From NCBI RefSeq assembly GCF_025526975.1, contig NW_026515672.1, forward strand, positions 682,001-746,000: a stretch of DNA of 64,000 bases, in the 5' to 3' direction. A program made the translations under genes and the position numbers. Below, one piece after another: positions 50,793 through 64,000 of the stretch; position 1 is the stretch's first letter; every line of letters starts with the position of its first letter. Below the pieces are notes generated by a model. That model ran no database searches, had not been told where the DNA came from, and saw only the letters and a program-made list of their open reading frames with translations. Origin of the DNA: Fimicolochytrium jonesii (Eukaryota).

Positions 50793-53781
50793 CTACTTGG
50801 CCTTGGAGGGAATCTCCTTCAATTCCTTGGGATCCTCGCCAAATTGCACGATATATTTGTCATGAGCATGCAAGCGGCTCTGATAATCAGAAACGAGAAG
50901 GTGAAGGTCGGTTCCGCGATCGGCCAAATCCTTGTGGTTGCCGTTGGCCTTGCTGCTGTCACGGTATCGCTGGAACGAGCGCAGAGCGTTGATTGCGAGG
51001 TCGAATCGGGAGCATCCGTTGGCTGTGAGCATCTTGAAGGGGGTGGTGGTGGTGCCTTCTTGGTTGTAACCGTGCTATAGTTCAAACCAGCGCGAGTCAG
51101 TCAATTTACTTCCGAGGGGTCGACATGGAGAGCAACGAACGCACCACAGCGAGACGGCCGGCGATGAGAGGCCGGTCGAAAACAAGCCCACGAACAACGC
51201 CGGGGGTACCGTGGAAATTAAAGATGACCGGCTTGTCGGTGGTGAAGAGAGCGTTGAACTCTTCGTCAGAAAGGGCGTGAGGGTGTCTGCCGGTGGCGCT
51301 GAGGATCATGAGATCTGGCGAATGGGAATCCGAAGATCAGTAGGCGTTCTCGGGTAAGTGTCAAGGCGCTGATGTTCTCCCACTCACCGGTGACGTTGAC
51401 CACACGGACACGCAAGTTGGGAGCGTCAATCTTGAGCATCTCCGCCGCCGCAATAACCTCAAACGTGGTCTCGTTCCCGCATCCAACCAACACAACATCA
51501 GGGTCATTGCCATCATGGCTGCTGTATCGGCGCCAGATAGAAGCACCAGCCTTGCAGTGCGCAATCGCTTCCTAGATGAAAGAAACCGGCTGCATCAGAT
51601 CATATTCGCTCCGCCACCGTATGGCTAGCGAGCCACCCATCATACCTCAGGCTCAAGCCAGAGCGGCATAGGCTGTTTCGAACTGATGATCAGGTTGACG
51701 TAGTTGCGAGACGCAAGGCAGTGGTCGATAGTAGTCAGCAATGTGTTAGAGTCGGGAGGCAGGTAGATGCGGACCATGTTGGTCTTCAAGCCTACGAGCG
51801 CGTCGATGAAGCTCGGGTTTTGGTGGGAGTAGCCTGTTGCATTGACAAATCAGTACGAAGCTAGTGGAAATGCCCTTCTCCCAGCCAGAGCAGTTGCGAG
51901 CACCCACCATTGTGCTCTTGCCTCCACAATGTGGAAGATTCGATGTAGTTCAGAGATCCGATATCTTTCCTCCAGTTGGTTTCACGAGCGACCTTTTGAA
52001 ACTTCGAGTATTGGATCACCATGGTTGTGATGATGGGCAAGAATGCCTCGTAACTTGGAAAGAGCGCCACCCGTCCCGTCAAGGTGTATCCTTGCATCCA
52101 TCCTTGGCACTGATGCTCAGACAGCACTTCAATAACACGCCCGCCCTTGTTGCTGCAGAAAGGGTCCCATTGGAAGTTGCGCGTCGTAGATTTGAAGACG
52201 CCGGAGAGCTTGTTGCTGTCGAGTTCATCAGGAGAGAAGATGCGGAAGGACTTCGGGTTCTTCTCAATGACTTGGGCAAGGTACTCCCCACATGCGTTCA
52301 TGCACGCCTGCCATTCATCCATCTTGACCGTTTGAGGTTTGGTGAGGGGACGGAAGTCGGGCAGATCGAGAGGTTTGTAGCCGGCGTAGGTCTTCTCGTT
52401 GAGTCCCATCATTCTCTCCTTCCTCGGGAACGTCTTCAGGACGTCCTCCACCGGCACGCCATCCTTGAATAGCTCATCAAACTTGTAGCTCTTCAACCAC
52501 GCGTCCAATGCTTTGAACTCCTCGTCATCCGATTTGACTTTGGGCAAAGGCACTTGGTGCGAACGCCAGGTTCCTTCGATTTGATGGCCGTGCACCTCCT
52601 TCGGACCTGTCCAACCCTTGGGAGTACGCAAAATGATCATAGGCCAGCGCGGCTTGACAATGGGGTTGCCTGAGCGTGCGGCTTGCTGTATGCGGCGGAT
52701 TTCTTTGTGTGCCCTTGAATTTTTATTGATGAAGATTAGAATCATCGCTGCTTTGGCAGTCTGCATTGAGTGGATGCACTCACCAGTCCATGGACGCAGC
52801 CATGTCGGCATCAATCACGTCCATGTTCTCAACAATCCGGACTTGGTAGCCATAGCCTGAGAACAATGCGGACAGCTCTTCATCGCTGTTCGAAGAGTCA
52901 GGGTGTCAGTGATACAAACCGGCCACTTGAAGCCTTTCATGTGAGTGAACTTACGACATGGATCCGAAAACTGTGGGCTCGGCGATCTTGTACCCATTAG
53001 CGTTCAAGATGGGAATGACAGCTCCACTTTCCTTAGGGTCGAGGTACTTGTACGAGTGCCACGCGGTCGAGGTTGGTCCGGTCTCGGCCTCACCATCTCC
53101 AACGATGCAGGTCACGATCAAATCCGGGTTGTCGAAAACAGCTCCGAAACTGACTGCGAGTGCGTATCCGAGCTCACCACCTTCGTGGATGGCGCCAGGA
53201 ACCTCCGCGTTGACGTGACTCGGGAAACCTCCCGGCCACGAGAAGCCACGCAGGAGCTCGTAGAGACCCTTGCTAGACGTCGCATACCTCTGGTCAAACT
53301 TTCCCAATGTCCCCTCCAGGTACAAGTTTGCCAAGACGGCAGGTGCGCCGTGACCAGGTCCAGTTACGAGGAACATGTCAAGATCATGTTTGCGGATGAG
53401 ACGGTTGCAGTGCGAGTAGATGAAGGTGATGGCCGGACATGTGCCCCAGTGCCCCAGCAGCCTGTCTTTGATGTGATCTTTCGACAGAGGCTCCTTCAGA
53501 TCTACGTTGTCCTTCAAGAAGATCATGGACGCCGCAAGGTAGTTTGCAGCTCGGCGAGCTTTGCGCATGTTTTCGAAATCCTTCTCATCTTCGGCAGTGA
53601 TCAGCTTTTGGATATCGAGTTGGACAAGCAAATTTTCGGTGTTGAGTGGTGGGGACGTTTTGTTGAAGATCCCTGGCGGGAGAGGGCCAGGGTGGTCGGC
53701 GTCGGTTGATGGTTTGCCCTTACGGGTGGCGTCCTGCGTCTGGTCGTTGGAGCGCGGGGCTTCGGCCGTTGGTGGTGACAT
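50793..53781 (-). CDS. xfp: Xylulose-5-phosphate/fructose-6-phosphate phosphoketolase, multi-exon
   Basis: RLLGHWGTCP, GPGHGAPA, HEGGELGY, GDGEAETGP, LRTPKGWTGP, FSPDELDSN, WRQEHNG. Confidence 0.95.
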
Positions 53782-54655
53782 GTTGAATGTGTATGTTTCG
53801 TGCGTTGACTTTCTCGATCTTATGAACGGCTCCAGAGAAATATGGATGCTATTATATTGTTTGTGCTGCTGTGAGAGGGGCTGGACTGGCGATGCGATGC
53901 TTTCTGTGTAGGAGACCCTTTGGCTACCCCACCATTCATATATCCTATAGATCTGGACCTCATTCCTCCGCACCGAAGTTGCATGACAAGGCACCGCAAA
54001 ACATGAACACCCCATCACGTCACATCCGGGCGTTACATGTTCAAGCCTGCGGCCCGCGTGAAAAATCGAACATCCGTCCCCGTTCACAGAATCACAGACG
54101 CTCCGTCTCGCAGCCAGTGAGGAGAAAGGATTGGTGCATTTGTGACGAGCACTTTGCGTCCCCGACTCCGAAGCGCTCCATACGGAGCAGAGTTCACCAA
54201 CAGAACGTGGCTTTCCCGATGGCTGAATTGTGAATGCGGGCTGCGCACATCCCACACGCGCGAGAATGACATCAGTCCCTCTCTGACTGACAGCGATCGC
54301 CTTATCGGTGCTGCGCCACGACGCTGTCAATCCTCATCGCGCTGTCGATTTTCGCAACGCAGCAGGACCGCTCTCCACCTCGTTAACGACCTCCACTCCC
54401 GTTGACGACCTCTCCCGCCCAATACGATCGCAAGACGCCGTCAAAAGCGTGTCCACAGTTCTTCGAACGTACAGCTTTAACCGGCTGTTTCACGCTATTC
54501 CTTATCTTTCGGACTGTCTCAGCGGGCGGCTGCTGGGAGGAAACCTAGGCAAGCCCATTACCAGCCTGAGCCCAGACTCAACAAAAATATCGAAGTGTAG
54601 TTGCTGTTTTAGTGCAAAAAGCAGAGACCTTCATTTCTGACTTGCACAGCGCAAA

Positions 54656-55571
54656 ATGGTAAGGCCTGCGGGGCTCTCTTGACGCTTGGAGAACTGAATG
54701 ACTCAATTGCACTGACGACCGAAACTCCAAGGTGAAACCAAATTCCAACAAAGCGGGCAACGGCCGCTTCAGCCCCGATGCCGAGGATAGCCACCAGCTC
54801 CCAGCACCAAAAAAACGCAGATACCACCAATCTGATCCGGCCCTCGACAGCGAAAATGAAAACCATGATCTGCGCTCGCCTGCGACCAAGAAACCACCCT
54901 CATTCATTGTACCTCCCTCGCCCACCCTCAGAAACGAACCACCCTCAAAGACCAAAAATGAACAAGTAGCATTCCAACCCAACTCCGCAGGAGCCGCAGA
55001 ACCTGCCAAGTCCGCCGACCCCACAGAAACCCCCACCAAAGCAAACGACAAAAACGACATCTGGACCAGGCCGCGATTCAGGACCCTTGTTGATACTCAA
55101 GAGCGCCGCCGCCGACCGGACCCGGACGGTACAGACCTGGAATACCCGCCCAGCCCTGACCTGCGCGGGTTTGATGAGTACAAGAAGCGGTGGGATAAGT
55201 GTGCTGGTCAAGATGGTGATGATGAGGTAGGTTGATCAAGCAGACCGTCCCCAATTTCAACCATGCGAGTACCATTCCTCACTTCCACCCCTCCCCATAT
55301 CCCACCACAGGACTCCTCAACCTGGCCCACAACCACCCTTTCTACCACTCTCGACACTGACGACCTCGACACCTGGACCGCAACCCTCTCCACCCTCTCC
55401 CTCTCCGCACCTGTCGACACGACCTCGCGCGACGACCCGCGGTTCTTTCCCGACACATTCCTGATCGCGCCGGTCGGGACGCATGGGAGGGTGGATAAAG
55501 CGAGGGAGAGGAGTTTGAGTCCTAGGGAGAGGAAGAGGGGTGCGGGGGAATGGAGGGCGGCGTGGAGGTGA
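54656..55571 (+). CDS. Hypothetical protein (3 exons; ATG|intron start)
   Basis: ATG|gtaagg...aag|GTGAAACC exon, then GAG|gtaggt...cag|GACTCC exon running to TGA 55571. Confidence 0.5.
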
Positions 55572-56359
55572 GTTGGTGGGGGTTGAATCTGGATCGAGGC
55601 GGGCGTGGTTCGGTTGTGACGAATGTCAGATTATCTCTCGCTTATGCGCTTCGCTCTCCAACATCTCTCTTTCGAACGCAGGTATGAGGACTGATAGGTC
55701 CGTCGGGAAGAAAGCAGGAGATGACAGTTCGGCGCAAGGAGCTCTGCACATCATAGCTTATCGTGTGGGGTTTCCATTCGGGGTTGAATGCAGCCTCCGA
55801 GCGAATTGAGTGAGCTAAGCGTGACTTCCGAGACGGCTCTGAGCGGTGATCCCACGCGAATAACGAGTTGTTGTTTCGCTGAGTTGTTGAAAGGCGAGTT
55901 GCGGGTCCGAGGGTTCCGTCCCTGTTCTGCTCACTGCCAACTGCTGGTTGGGTAATTAGCCCGCGACAACCAACATGACGTAAGCGATGCGGTTTGAAAT
56001 GTTTAAAGTCGGGGGCTCCACGTTTGTCACCGCTTCACATTTCCTCCACATTTCCGCTCCCCCCACATTTCTCCCGGCCTTTCCTACCATATACCTTACA
56101 AACCCCTACTCCGAACCCTCAGTTCCAGTACTGCAAACCTCGCTGTAGTCTACATTCACATGCCAGTAATAGCTAGCAAATACTCAATCGGATTCAACAG
56201 AAAGTGCAAGAAGTTCAAGTCTCTCTCCAGTCGAGCCAAAGAATATCCGAAGGACCCTCTTCTTGACCGCTGGCGCTCTGCGCTCGAGTTTCGCTCGGAA
56301 AGAGTACCCGTACGAAAGAAAAATCAACGCTGGTCCCTGGGACTGCGACAACAGAAGAT

Positions 56360-59300
56360 ATGCCAGACCCGGCAGCAAACCCGGCAGACCGGGCGAACGC
56401 TGAGGAAGCCGACGAAGTTCAGGTCGAAGACTGTGGTGAGTACCGCGAGAGAGGCGAGTTGCTTGAGATTCCCAGCGATAGCGAGGAGAGTGCTTGAGGT
56501 TGATTCGCGCAAGGGAGCCGCTCGAAGACCTGGAGCGAATGCGGACGGCGACGACCGAAGCGAGGCGCAGGGGTGCTTGAGGCGGGCGGGCCCTGGTTCG
56601 GTCTGGGAGACCAAGCGTTATCGAAGTCGCTCAGAGCGAACGCCTCTCGAGCCATGCGAGCAGCGGGTGACAGTGAATCGCGAGCGGAGCGAGCCACATT
56701 ACGTCAGAACCGCAATCCTCCCCCTCGCATTTCTTAGCGAGCCTCAGCGAGCGTCAGATCTTTTGCGAGCGAAGGGAGCACCACATTGCGCCAAAGGCGC
56801 AATAATAAGTGGTTGATGGTTGATGGTTGATGGTTGATAGTTGATGGTTGCTGAATTGATGGTTGATCATGCTTTGACGTGCGATGATCGAGTTGTTGAT
56901 GGTTGATGACGGTTGATGGATGAGTGCACTTTGCTAATAGCTTCACCTTTGTGGTCATCAGCAATTTGTCTGAGCAGCTTGGAGAGCGACCCGCAAGTGG
57001 AGCTCGGGCAGCTTGACTGCCCACATGCCGCTCACACTTACCATCTGCACTGTATCTCTCCCTGGAGCGACACGACGAACACTTGTCCCGTAGACAGGGC
57101 GTTATTTACCGTAATCAACGTCGTCGAGAAACCGCGCGGCAGGATCATTCGGACCGTACCAGTCGAGGATAGGACACAAAGAGTTGCGAACGACGACGAC
57201 GATGCGGAATATGAAGTTACCGAATGCGAGATTTGTGGATCCGCAGAGCATGAGGTTAGCATTGCACTTTCCCCGTTGGAATGATGTAGAATCAGTCTCT
57301 CATTCACAATCCTCACCTCCCTGCAGGAGACAATGTTGCTCTGCGACCACTGTGACAGTGGCTGGCACCTGGAATGCCTGGGAATGGCGGAAGTTCCAGA
57401 CGGCGAATGGGCATGCGACAACTGCGAAATTTTATTCACTGGTCCTTCGCCTCGCCCTCCCGGTCTATACAATCAGAACATTGCGCGTCCACCTCGCACT
57501 CGGCCACTCAATGATGCAAACATCGTATACGCTCTTCCGGACGATAATGAATCGCCGAGACGATCCCGAAGACGAAGGCCGCGTCCAGTTCCAGTCGTAC
57601 CCCTCCTTACGACAATCAGACGCGAAGCTGAACGAGCACGAGCCGAACGATCCCGCCAGAATCGGCAGAACCGGCCTCCGCCATCCCCTCCTCACCCAGC
57701 TCCGGCGAGCTGGCAGTCGAGACCGACAGCACCCGTCATGCAGTCTGCCGTCTCGAGCGAGAACTCGTCGTACCTAGCTGCGGCCCGGTGGAATCAAACT
57801 GCATACATATCTTATTCAGATGACCCTCGCGATGTGCCCGACTGGCTAAGAAACGAGGTGGTTGTGAACCGCACGCCGCAACAACCGCCCGTGCGCTACA
57901 TCCATGGAGTCAACCCACCTCCTCCGCGACGACGCACTTCGCAGCCCATCCCCGAGCCCGAGCGTCCGGCGGTTGAGTCCGATATCTGGGAGACATTTAA
58001 CGTCGCGAAGCGAACAAGAGAAGCGGTCGAGGCTGAAGCAAGTGGCTCTTCTTCAAAACGTCGACGGATTGATCTTGATCAGGGCGAGCTGAACAGGACG
58101 CCGTCCCAGCGGGGATCAGCGTCGGCTCCCGCGTCGGCTTCCCCTTCAATTCAGGCCACCCGAGTATTCCGACCACCGAGCATCAGGGCAACCCCACCCG
58201 TGAATGCAAGCTCGGCCTCAGCTTCGCCAGTAACTCAGTCACCTCGCATATACCGACCGCCAAGCATTAGGTCAGCGTCAGCTTCGGCGTCAGCCTCCCC
58301 CATGACGCAGATCTCTCGCATCTTCCGACCCCCTAGTATCAGGGCACCCCCACCCGTGACTACCAACATCATCGGAAATTCGAACCGAAGCGCCAACGGA
58401 AGCACGAGCCCAGTGAACGGAAGCGCTAGCGGAAATCTGAACGCAGCTGTCAACGGAACCCTTAACGGAACCCTGAACACACGGGCACAGAGCACGTCGC
58501 AAATACAGTCCGTCCTCGCCGGTGCACAAGACCACACCCACTCTCCACCCTCCCGTATACCCCTCCCCTCCCGCCTAGAAAGCAGTACCGCGAACACAAG
58601 CGCGAGCGGAACGAACGGCGGCTTGAACACATGGGCACAGGTACCCTCACTCCTCGTCGCAGCCCAGGACGAACCGGATCCTCTCCCTGGAAGCGGAGGC
58701 AGTAGTAGTGCGACTTGGCTCATGGACTCTATACCTATACCACAAGATTTATCCTTCCTGAGACGACCGGAAAAGTTACCCTCGTTCCGGCGAGCTGACC
58801 ATTCAACGATCGGGGCGGGTTCAGCGGTAGAAGACGAAAAAGAGGGCTTCGCTTCCAGCGGAAGCAGCAGGAGTGGCACTCGTCTCACGGACTCGATACC
58901 TATATCGGAAAACCTGTCCTTCTTAAGACGACAAGAAAAGTTACCCTCGTTCCGGAAATCTGACCATGCAAGTTCTGCGATTGGACCGGGTCCGAGCGCG
59001 AGCAGGACCATGGGTGCTCCGACTCTCAACGAAAGCCGCGATAACGACCCAAAACCACCAAAAGTCACCAGTCGTCAGGGCACTGGGACGAGAGTCGGAC
59101 CAAGCGCGAGTCGAACAATGGGTGCTCCCACACTCAACGAAACCCGAGACAACGACCTAAAGCCACCAATAGTGAATGGTCGTGGGAAGCGCCCTGCCGC
59201 TTCAACCGATGATCCTACAGAGGGTCGAGCGTCCAAGCGGACTCCTGGCTCCGCATGGGATCGGGATGAGCCATATACGCCCGATTTGCAAACGTCACAT

Positions 59301-59849
59301 CGCCAGCGCGAGTCCACAGAGAATAGCGTTAGAGATCCACCAATACCGGATCGAGGGGCGAGACGTGTGCACTCAGGAGCCGCGTCGACACGAACTCACC
59401 TTTCCGAGTCCGCGTCGATGCGGGCTAGGCCGCCAGCGCCCGATGCAACAATCCGCAACATCAAAGATCCACCCGGGGCAGACGACAAGCACCGGCATAA
59501 CGGCACAAACCATTCGCACGAATCCAACAACGGCCACGTCCGAACCAAACAGCCACATAAGTCCAACCAAGAGCCATCACCCCGCCGCCCACACATAAGC
59601 AAGGCCGAAATCGCGTCCACGGTCAAAGCGCAGCTCGACAAATACCTCCAGCTGAACCGCAAAGACGGCAAGACAACCAGCCGCACTTCACCGGCGCTCA
59701 CAAAAGATGAATACAAAAGCACATGCAGAGAAGTAACGCACGAAATATACAAGCTTTTCGCGACGACCTCTGAATATCCGCGCGGTGCCACACTACCCTT
59801 GGAGACCCTCGCTGCGGCCAAGATTAGCGATAGTCTGAAGAAACGATGA
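56360..59849 (+). CDS. RING-PHD finger protein (PHRF1/Asr1-like) with C-terminal SRI-like domain
   Basis: Exon 1 (56360-56435) splices to 56962 giving EDCAIC...HTYHLHCI.PW..TNTCP.DR; PHD CEIC...LLCDHCDSGWHLECL...W.C.NC; LTKDEYKSTCREVTH. Confidence 0.85.
56810..56920. repeat. (GGTTGAT)n heptamer microsatellite, degenerate, intronic
   Basis: ggttgatggttgatggttgatggttgatagttgatggttg... visible directly. Confidence 0.85.
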
Positions 59850-60238
59850 CCTACCTAAGTCGCAAGTTTAGCACATCATATACATGTGAACAGAACCGTA
59901 ATCGTAAGGTGTGTTCCTTTACCCCCGGCATCTTACTTGCCTCACGAGTTCGAAAGCGGTCATTTGCCTTGTACATTTTAGTTTGTAATACATTGATGCT
60001 CATAAGGCAATTCCGGGGGAGACGCCTTGCAAGCATGCATACCTACGTATCGATTGTCAAGTCCTTTTCCACTTGACAATTGACGGCTCTGGCCAGCCAA
60101 GGAAAGAACGGTGGTTGCGGAGAGACGCGACGCGCGAGACCCTGACGTCACCAGTGACCACGTCCACCAACGTTGTCCCAAGCCTCATCTCTCACAGCCA
60201 AGCACTTCTATCATAAAGTACTGTATCTCAAACCGAAC

Positions 60239-60642
60239 ATGGCATTGCAACTGCTTCTGAACCTACTTCCTGGCACAATCGCAACTCCCTACACCACAGC
60301 ATTCGCCATGAGCAACCCTACTCACAACCAAGGTATGTATGAGAGTACGCTCCTCCATCTCGTGCATGTCGCTGACCTCCGCGTTCTCTTCTCTCTCCCT
60401 CGCCAGCCCCAGCGGCCTACGCCCAAGCCATCGCAACCAACGAAGACAAAAAGGAACCCGCCGTCGACTCCAAAACCACAAGCACCCACACCGAAAGCGG
60501 CGCAAAGCATACCGCTGCGACCAAGGAGCCCCAGCCTGCTGCTCCGGGAACCGAGGAGCCTGGTCCGAAGATCCCGAAGGCGGGGGAGAATGAGGCGGAT
60601 TTGACGGCTGGCGGGTTGCTTACGTTTGGGCTAGGGCCTTGA
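60239..60642 (+). CDS. Small hypothetical hydrophilic protein (2 exons)
   Basis: ATG 60239, intron gtatgt...cag (about 60333-60405), open frame to TGA 60642. Confidence 0.5.
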
Positions 60643-60861
60643 AGTGGTTCCATAACTAGCTATGCAGTGGGGATGCCAATTATCTGTAACATTCGTTTTT
60701 CTTTTTGAGATCCTGGTTTGAATTCTTTTTGGAAGCTGCCAAAAGCCTGTCTTGATGTACATAAGTGAATTGCAATAGCAATCACAATCAGTAATGAACT
60801 TGTTTTCGAATTACTATATAAAAGTGCAGCGGAATGTGCATTTATCTATTGTTGCTCAAGG

Positions 60862-62404
60862 CTATTTATCGACGAAGGTGTCCCCGGCCGAGATACACGC
60901 GCAGGTCCTCGACCTGGTCTCAAAGGCCGGGCGAACGTCTTGCGCACCGAGTCTGGCGTACTTGCCGCAGTCTCTTGCTCGTCTTTCAGTTCGGCTTCGG
61001 TCACTTCATCAATGGAGCTCACTTCGAACTATATGCGGCAGGATAAGTATATCGAACGTTGGCTCATCAAATGATGTCGTTCTCGTACGCACCTTCTTCG
61101 AGACGGTGAAACCTTGCTCTTCAGCGGCCAACAGGACACTTGCCCGTGACGATGAATAGAGCATGCGTTCCTTCACTTTCGACGAAGGCGGGCAGATGTA
61201 GATGAATGCTGAAACGTTTGTGAGCACATAGCACCGCGTACTCCCAAATGCAGCAGCATAGTTGATACCTGAATTCCCTGCGTCCGGCTTGTAGAACAAG
61301 AACCGCGGAGTGTTCGCCTCAACCAACCGAGTCAGGTCGCCGAAACTTCCGGTACTGGCATTGGACAGATCTACCCTCTCTTCCGCTACATTCACCGCCT
61401 ACGTGTGTCTAAGTACTTCCGTCGTGTCGAACTTCCATGTCGTACGATAGCGCAAAAGACATACCAGGACGACGATGTTAACCGATCCACTCGCCAAGTC
61501 AGAAAGGGACTTCCTTGCTTCATCCGCGAACGCAAATGAGACTCCCTGCGCATGAGACCGTCTCGTGGTCGTTCCGATTTCGGCGCTATACTATAAACGA
61601 GGGTCAGATCCCGTCGTTGTCCGTCTCCGAAAGAATCGCGCAATCTACCTCAGCTGCCTTTACGGCCTGCATCTCTATCTCGCGCTCCGTCAAAGGTGCT
61701 TCCGCGTCTTTATGCAGCACATGCTTGCGATACCCTTCCAGTGACAGTTCAGCGGGCAATGTGCCATATAGCGAGTCGACGAAATTGGCGTCCCCGAGCT
61801 CCTTCAATAATGTGGCTTTCGTCGAAGCGTACAGCATCTTATCCCGAACCTGGTATATGCATCATCAAGACATTGTCCGCTTGGTTATATATTTTGGCCT
61901 CTGCCAATCCGGACCTTTGCATGGTCTGGCACGTATTGCAGCAAAATCCATTCATATGATCCAGCAGGGGTTTTGGAGTCCAGCCGGAAGAGGACGAAAG
62001 CGGGTTCGGCGGGTTCGAACCAGGCGTTCACTTTACTCAGATCTGAGAGGTCAAGCGTAGGTCAGCGGATGCCCGGTCTTTAATGGCAACCAAGTCAGAA
62101 ACCAACCATCCTCCCACGAGCCCTGTGTAGGCAGCTCCTCTGCAACAGTGGCGTTCTCTGAGTGCATATGCTGTAGTTTGAGTCCCAGTTCAGACTGTTC
62201 GACTGCCACCGTCCACACGTCAGAGTCTGCCCATACCGCGATCTATGATGACTTTCAGGGCCCTTTGGTCTGCCGACTGCAGCGCCTTTCCGAAAGCCGA
62301 GAGCAGTTCGTCACCGCCTGAAATTGGAAGTTAGTTGGGCAGCTCTTGCAGATGCGGATACAATCGAGGGTGTACTTGCAAGTGATGCCGCTCTGGTGGG
62401 ACAT
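60862..62404 (-). CDS. TWF1: Twinfilin (two ADF-H domains), multi-exon
   Basis: MSHQSGI, RDKMLYASTKATL, PLTEREIE, FIYICP..SKVKERMLYSSSR, RPRPGR tail. Confidence 0.92.
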
Positions 62405-62681
62405 GTTTGTATGCGTATGTTCTTTGCGCCCAGAGAATAAGGGGAAGTTTACTGCGAGCTGTCCAACTCTCGTGTGTGTGTGTCTGTGCCGCCGACGGGC
62501 GTGTCGGACATCATCGCGGCACTTTCGGACTTTCGAACATCGCAAAGTTCCCACGCTCTCAGGGCTTCAACTTCAGGATTCAGGTCGGGCAACGAAACGC
62601 CACAGAGAGAGGACAGTAACCGGCACAAACTCTTCAAGCGTCCAGGCAGCAGTTCGAGGTCAGCGGGAACGTATAGCAAAG

Positions 62682-64000
62682 ATGGTTCAAGTGACGCCAG
62701 CGAAGCGGAAGGAAGAAGAGGCGGGATTGGTCATAGATAGGCATGAGAGTTTGCCAACGACGTTATCACGACCCAACCCTGCGCTCAAGGTGAGCGGATA
62801 CCGCTATATTCTTACGGTCAAAGCGCTGTATTCACTTCGTACCCTCACTGCAGAAAAGGAAAAGTTATGTCACCGATCTTCTGGACGCGACCCCCTCCTT
62901 CGAAGCAGAGCTTGAGAAACTTTCCCACAACGCACCAAAGATCGCCGACTATAAAAGCACGTGGAACAGACCGGAATTGGCTGGATTCGACCCACAGGCA
63001 TCGCCTATAGGTAAATTCTTTGACCCGCAAGCTTTTCAATGCTGTGGGGTATAATGCTGACAAACTAATTTATTGGCTTCTCAGTATTTCAGCAGATCGA
63101 CATTGATGACATTGTACAAACATATGCGCCACGGTTACCAAATCCGTACGGGTTGCATGAAGCATCAACGTTGCGCATGTTTGGATGCACGATGGTATGA
63201 TGACTTCCAGCTTTTCAGCCCATCATATATCGGCCACCATCTAATCTTGCGCATAGGAAGGGCATAGTGTCACCTGCCACGTGCATGGCTTCCTCCCATA
63301 CTTCTACGTAGCTGCGCCAATGAACTACCGCCCCGAGCACAAAGATGCTATGCTCAAAGCCTTGAATGTTGGTTCAAGATTCCTTGCTCCATTACCGCGG
63401 ACCTTATCACTAACTGGCTGTACAGGAGGGATTGAAGATAAATCGTAATAGTCCCGGGCAGGCCGCTCTCGATCTGGAAATGGTGCAAAGGTCGAGCATA
63501 TACGGCTACCATGGGCCGCGGAAAGCTCTATTTCTACGAGTCATATTGCGGCTCGCTTCCTTTATACCAGCGGCAAAGCGAATGTTCACAACGGGATTCA
63601 CGGTGAATGGGTTGGGAAGGATGGTCAGCAACCCAACCTATGAGAGCAACATCCCATATCCGCTTCGCTTCATGATTGACGCGCAGGTACGACCCTTTCG
63701 AAGAATTGAGCTTCTGATCCTCTGTTAAACAGCTTCCGTCAGATCCAAGGAGCTAGTTGGGTCGAGCTGCCGGCCAGGACATATGTGGTGCGAAACCCAT
63801 CCAGCGCCCTGACCACTTCACAGATAGAAATCGACATATTGTAAGTGAGCGAAGCAATCAAAGCTTCGAGATCTTCTACTCACCTTCTCAACAGTTGCGA
63901 AGACATAGTAGCGCATCAACCAGAAGGCGAATGGCAAAAGATAGCACCTCTACGGATATTGAGCTTCGATATTGAATGCGCTGGCAGGAAAGGCGTGTTT
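62682..64000 (+). CDS. POL3: DNA polymerase delta catalytic subunit, 5' part, multi-exon
   Basis: [64 protein letters not shown]. Confidence 0.95.

Noticed and set aside
50793..53781. Phosphoketolase as a recent bacterial transfer
   Set aside because: The gene carries several spliceosomal introns and the family is already well known in fungi
56160..56816. 218-aa ORF upstream of the RING-PHD gene
   Set aside because: It overlaps the true exon 1 in another frame and the first intron; no recognisable protein

Overview
This is a gene-dense, intron-rich eukaryotic window with short GT-AG introns and CTAAC/CTGAC branch points. It is fungal, and the gene content and style suggest an early-diverging, chytrid-like lineage (inference only). 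About 30 protein-coding genes can be reconstructed. They include a 2-Cys peroxiredoxin, a head-to-head TIM50/TIM54 pair, ZCCHC10-like, an LEA-repeat/TMEM14-like fusion, an F-box/PP2-lectin, an MSP protein, GPI13, a variant PARG, CPT1/EPT1, a LYR microprotein missing from the ORF track, XAP5, a PDK/BCKDK kinase, DUF1748, TM9SF, IMA1, CYP51, a LIM protein, phosphoketolase, a RING-PHD protein, twinfilin and the 5' end of POL3. The most striking unexplained element is a non-coding array of six ~100-nt imperfect hairpins (48259-49064) upstream of CYP51. Its two arms are conserved, its stems show compensatory changes, and unique spacers separate the units. A minus-strand TATA box points into it. It is a candidate polycistronic structured-RNA (milRNA-like or guide-like) locus. 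Exon boundaries were read by eye and family calls come from motif recall, not database searches.
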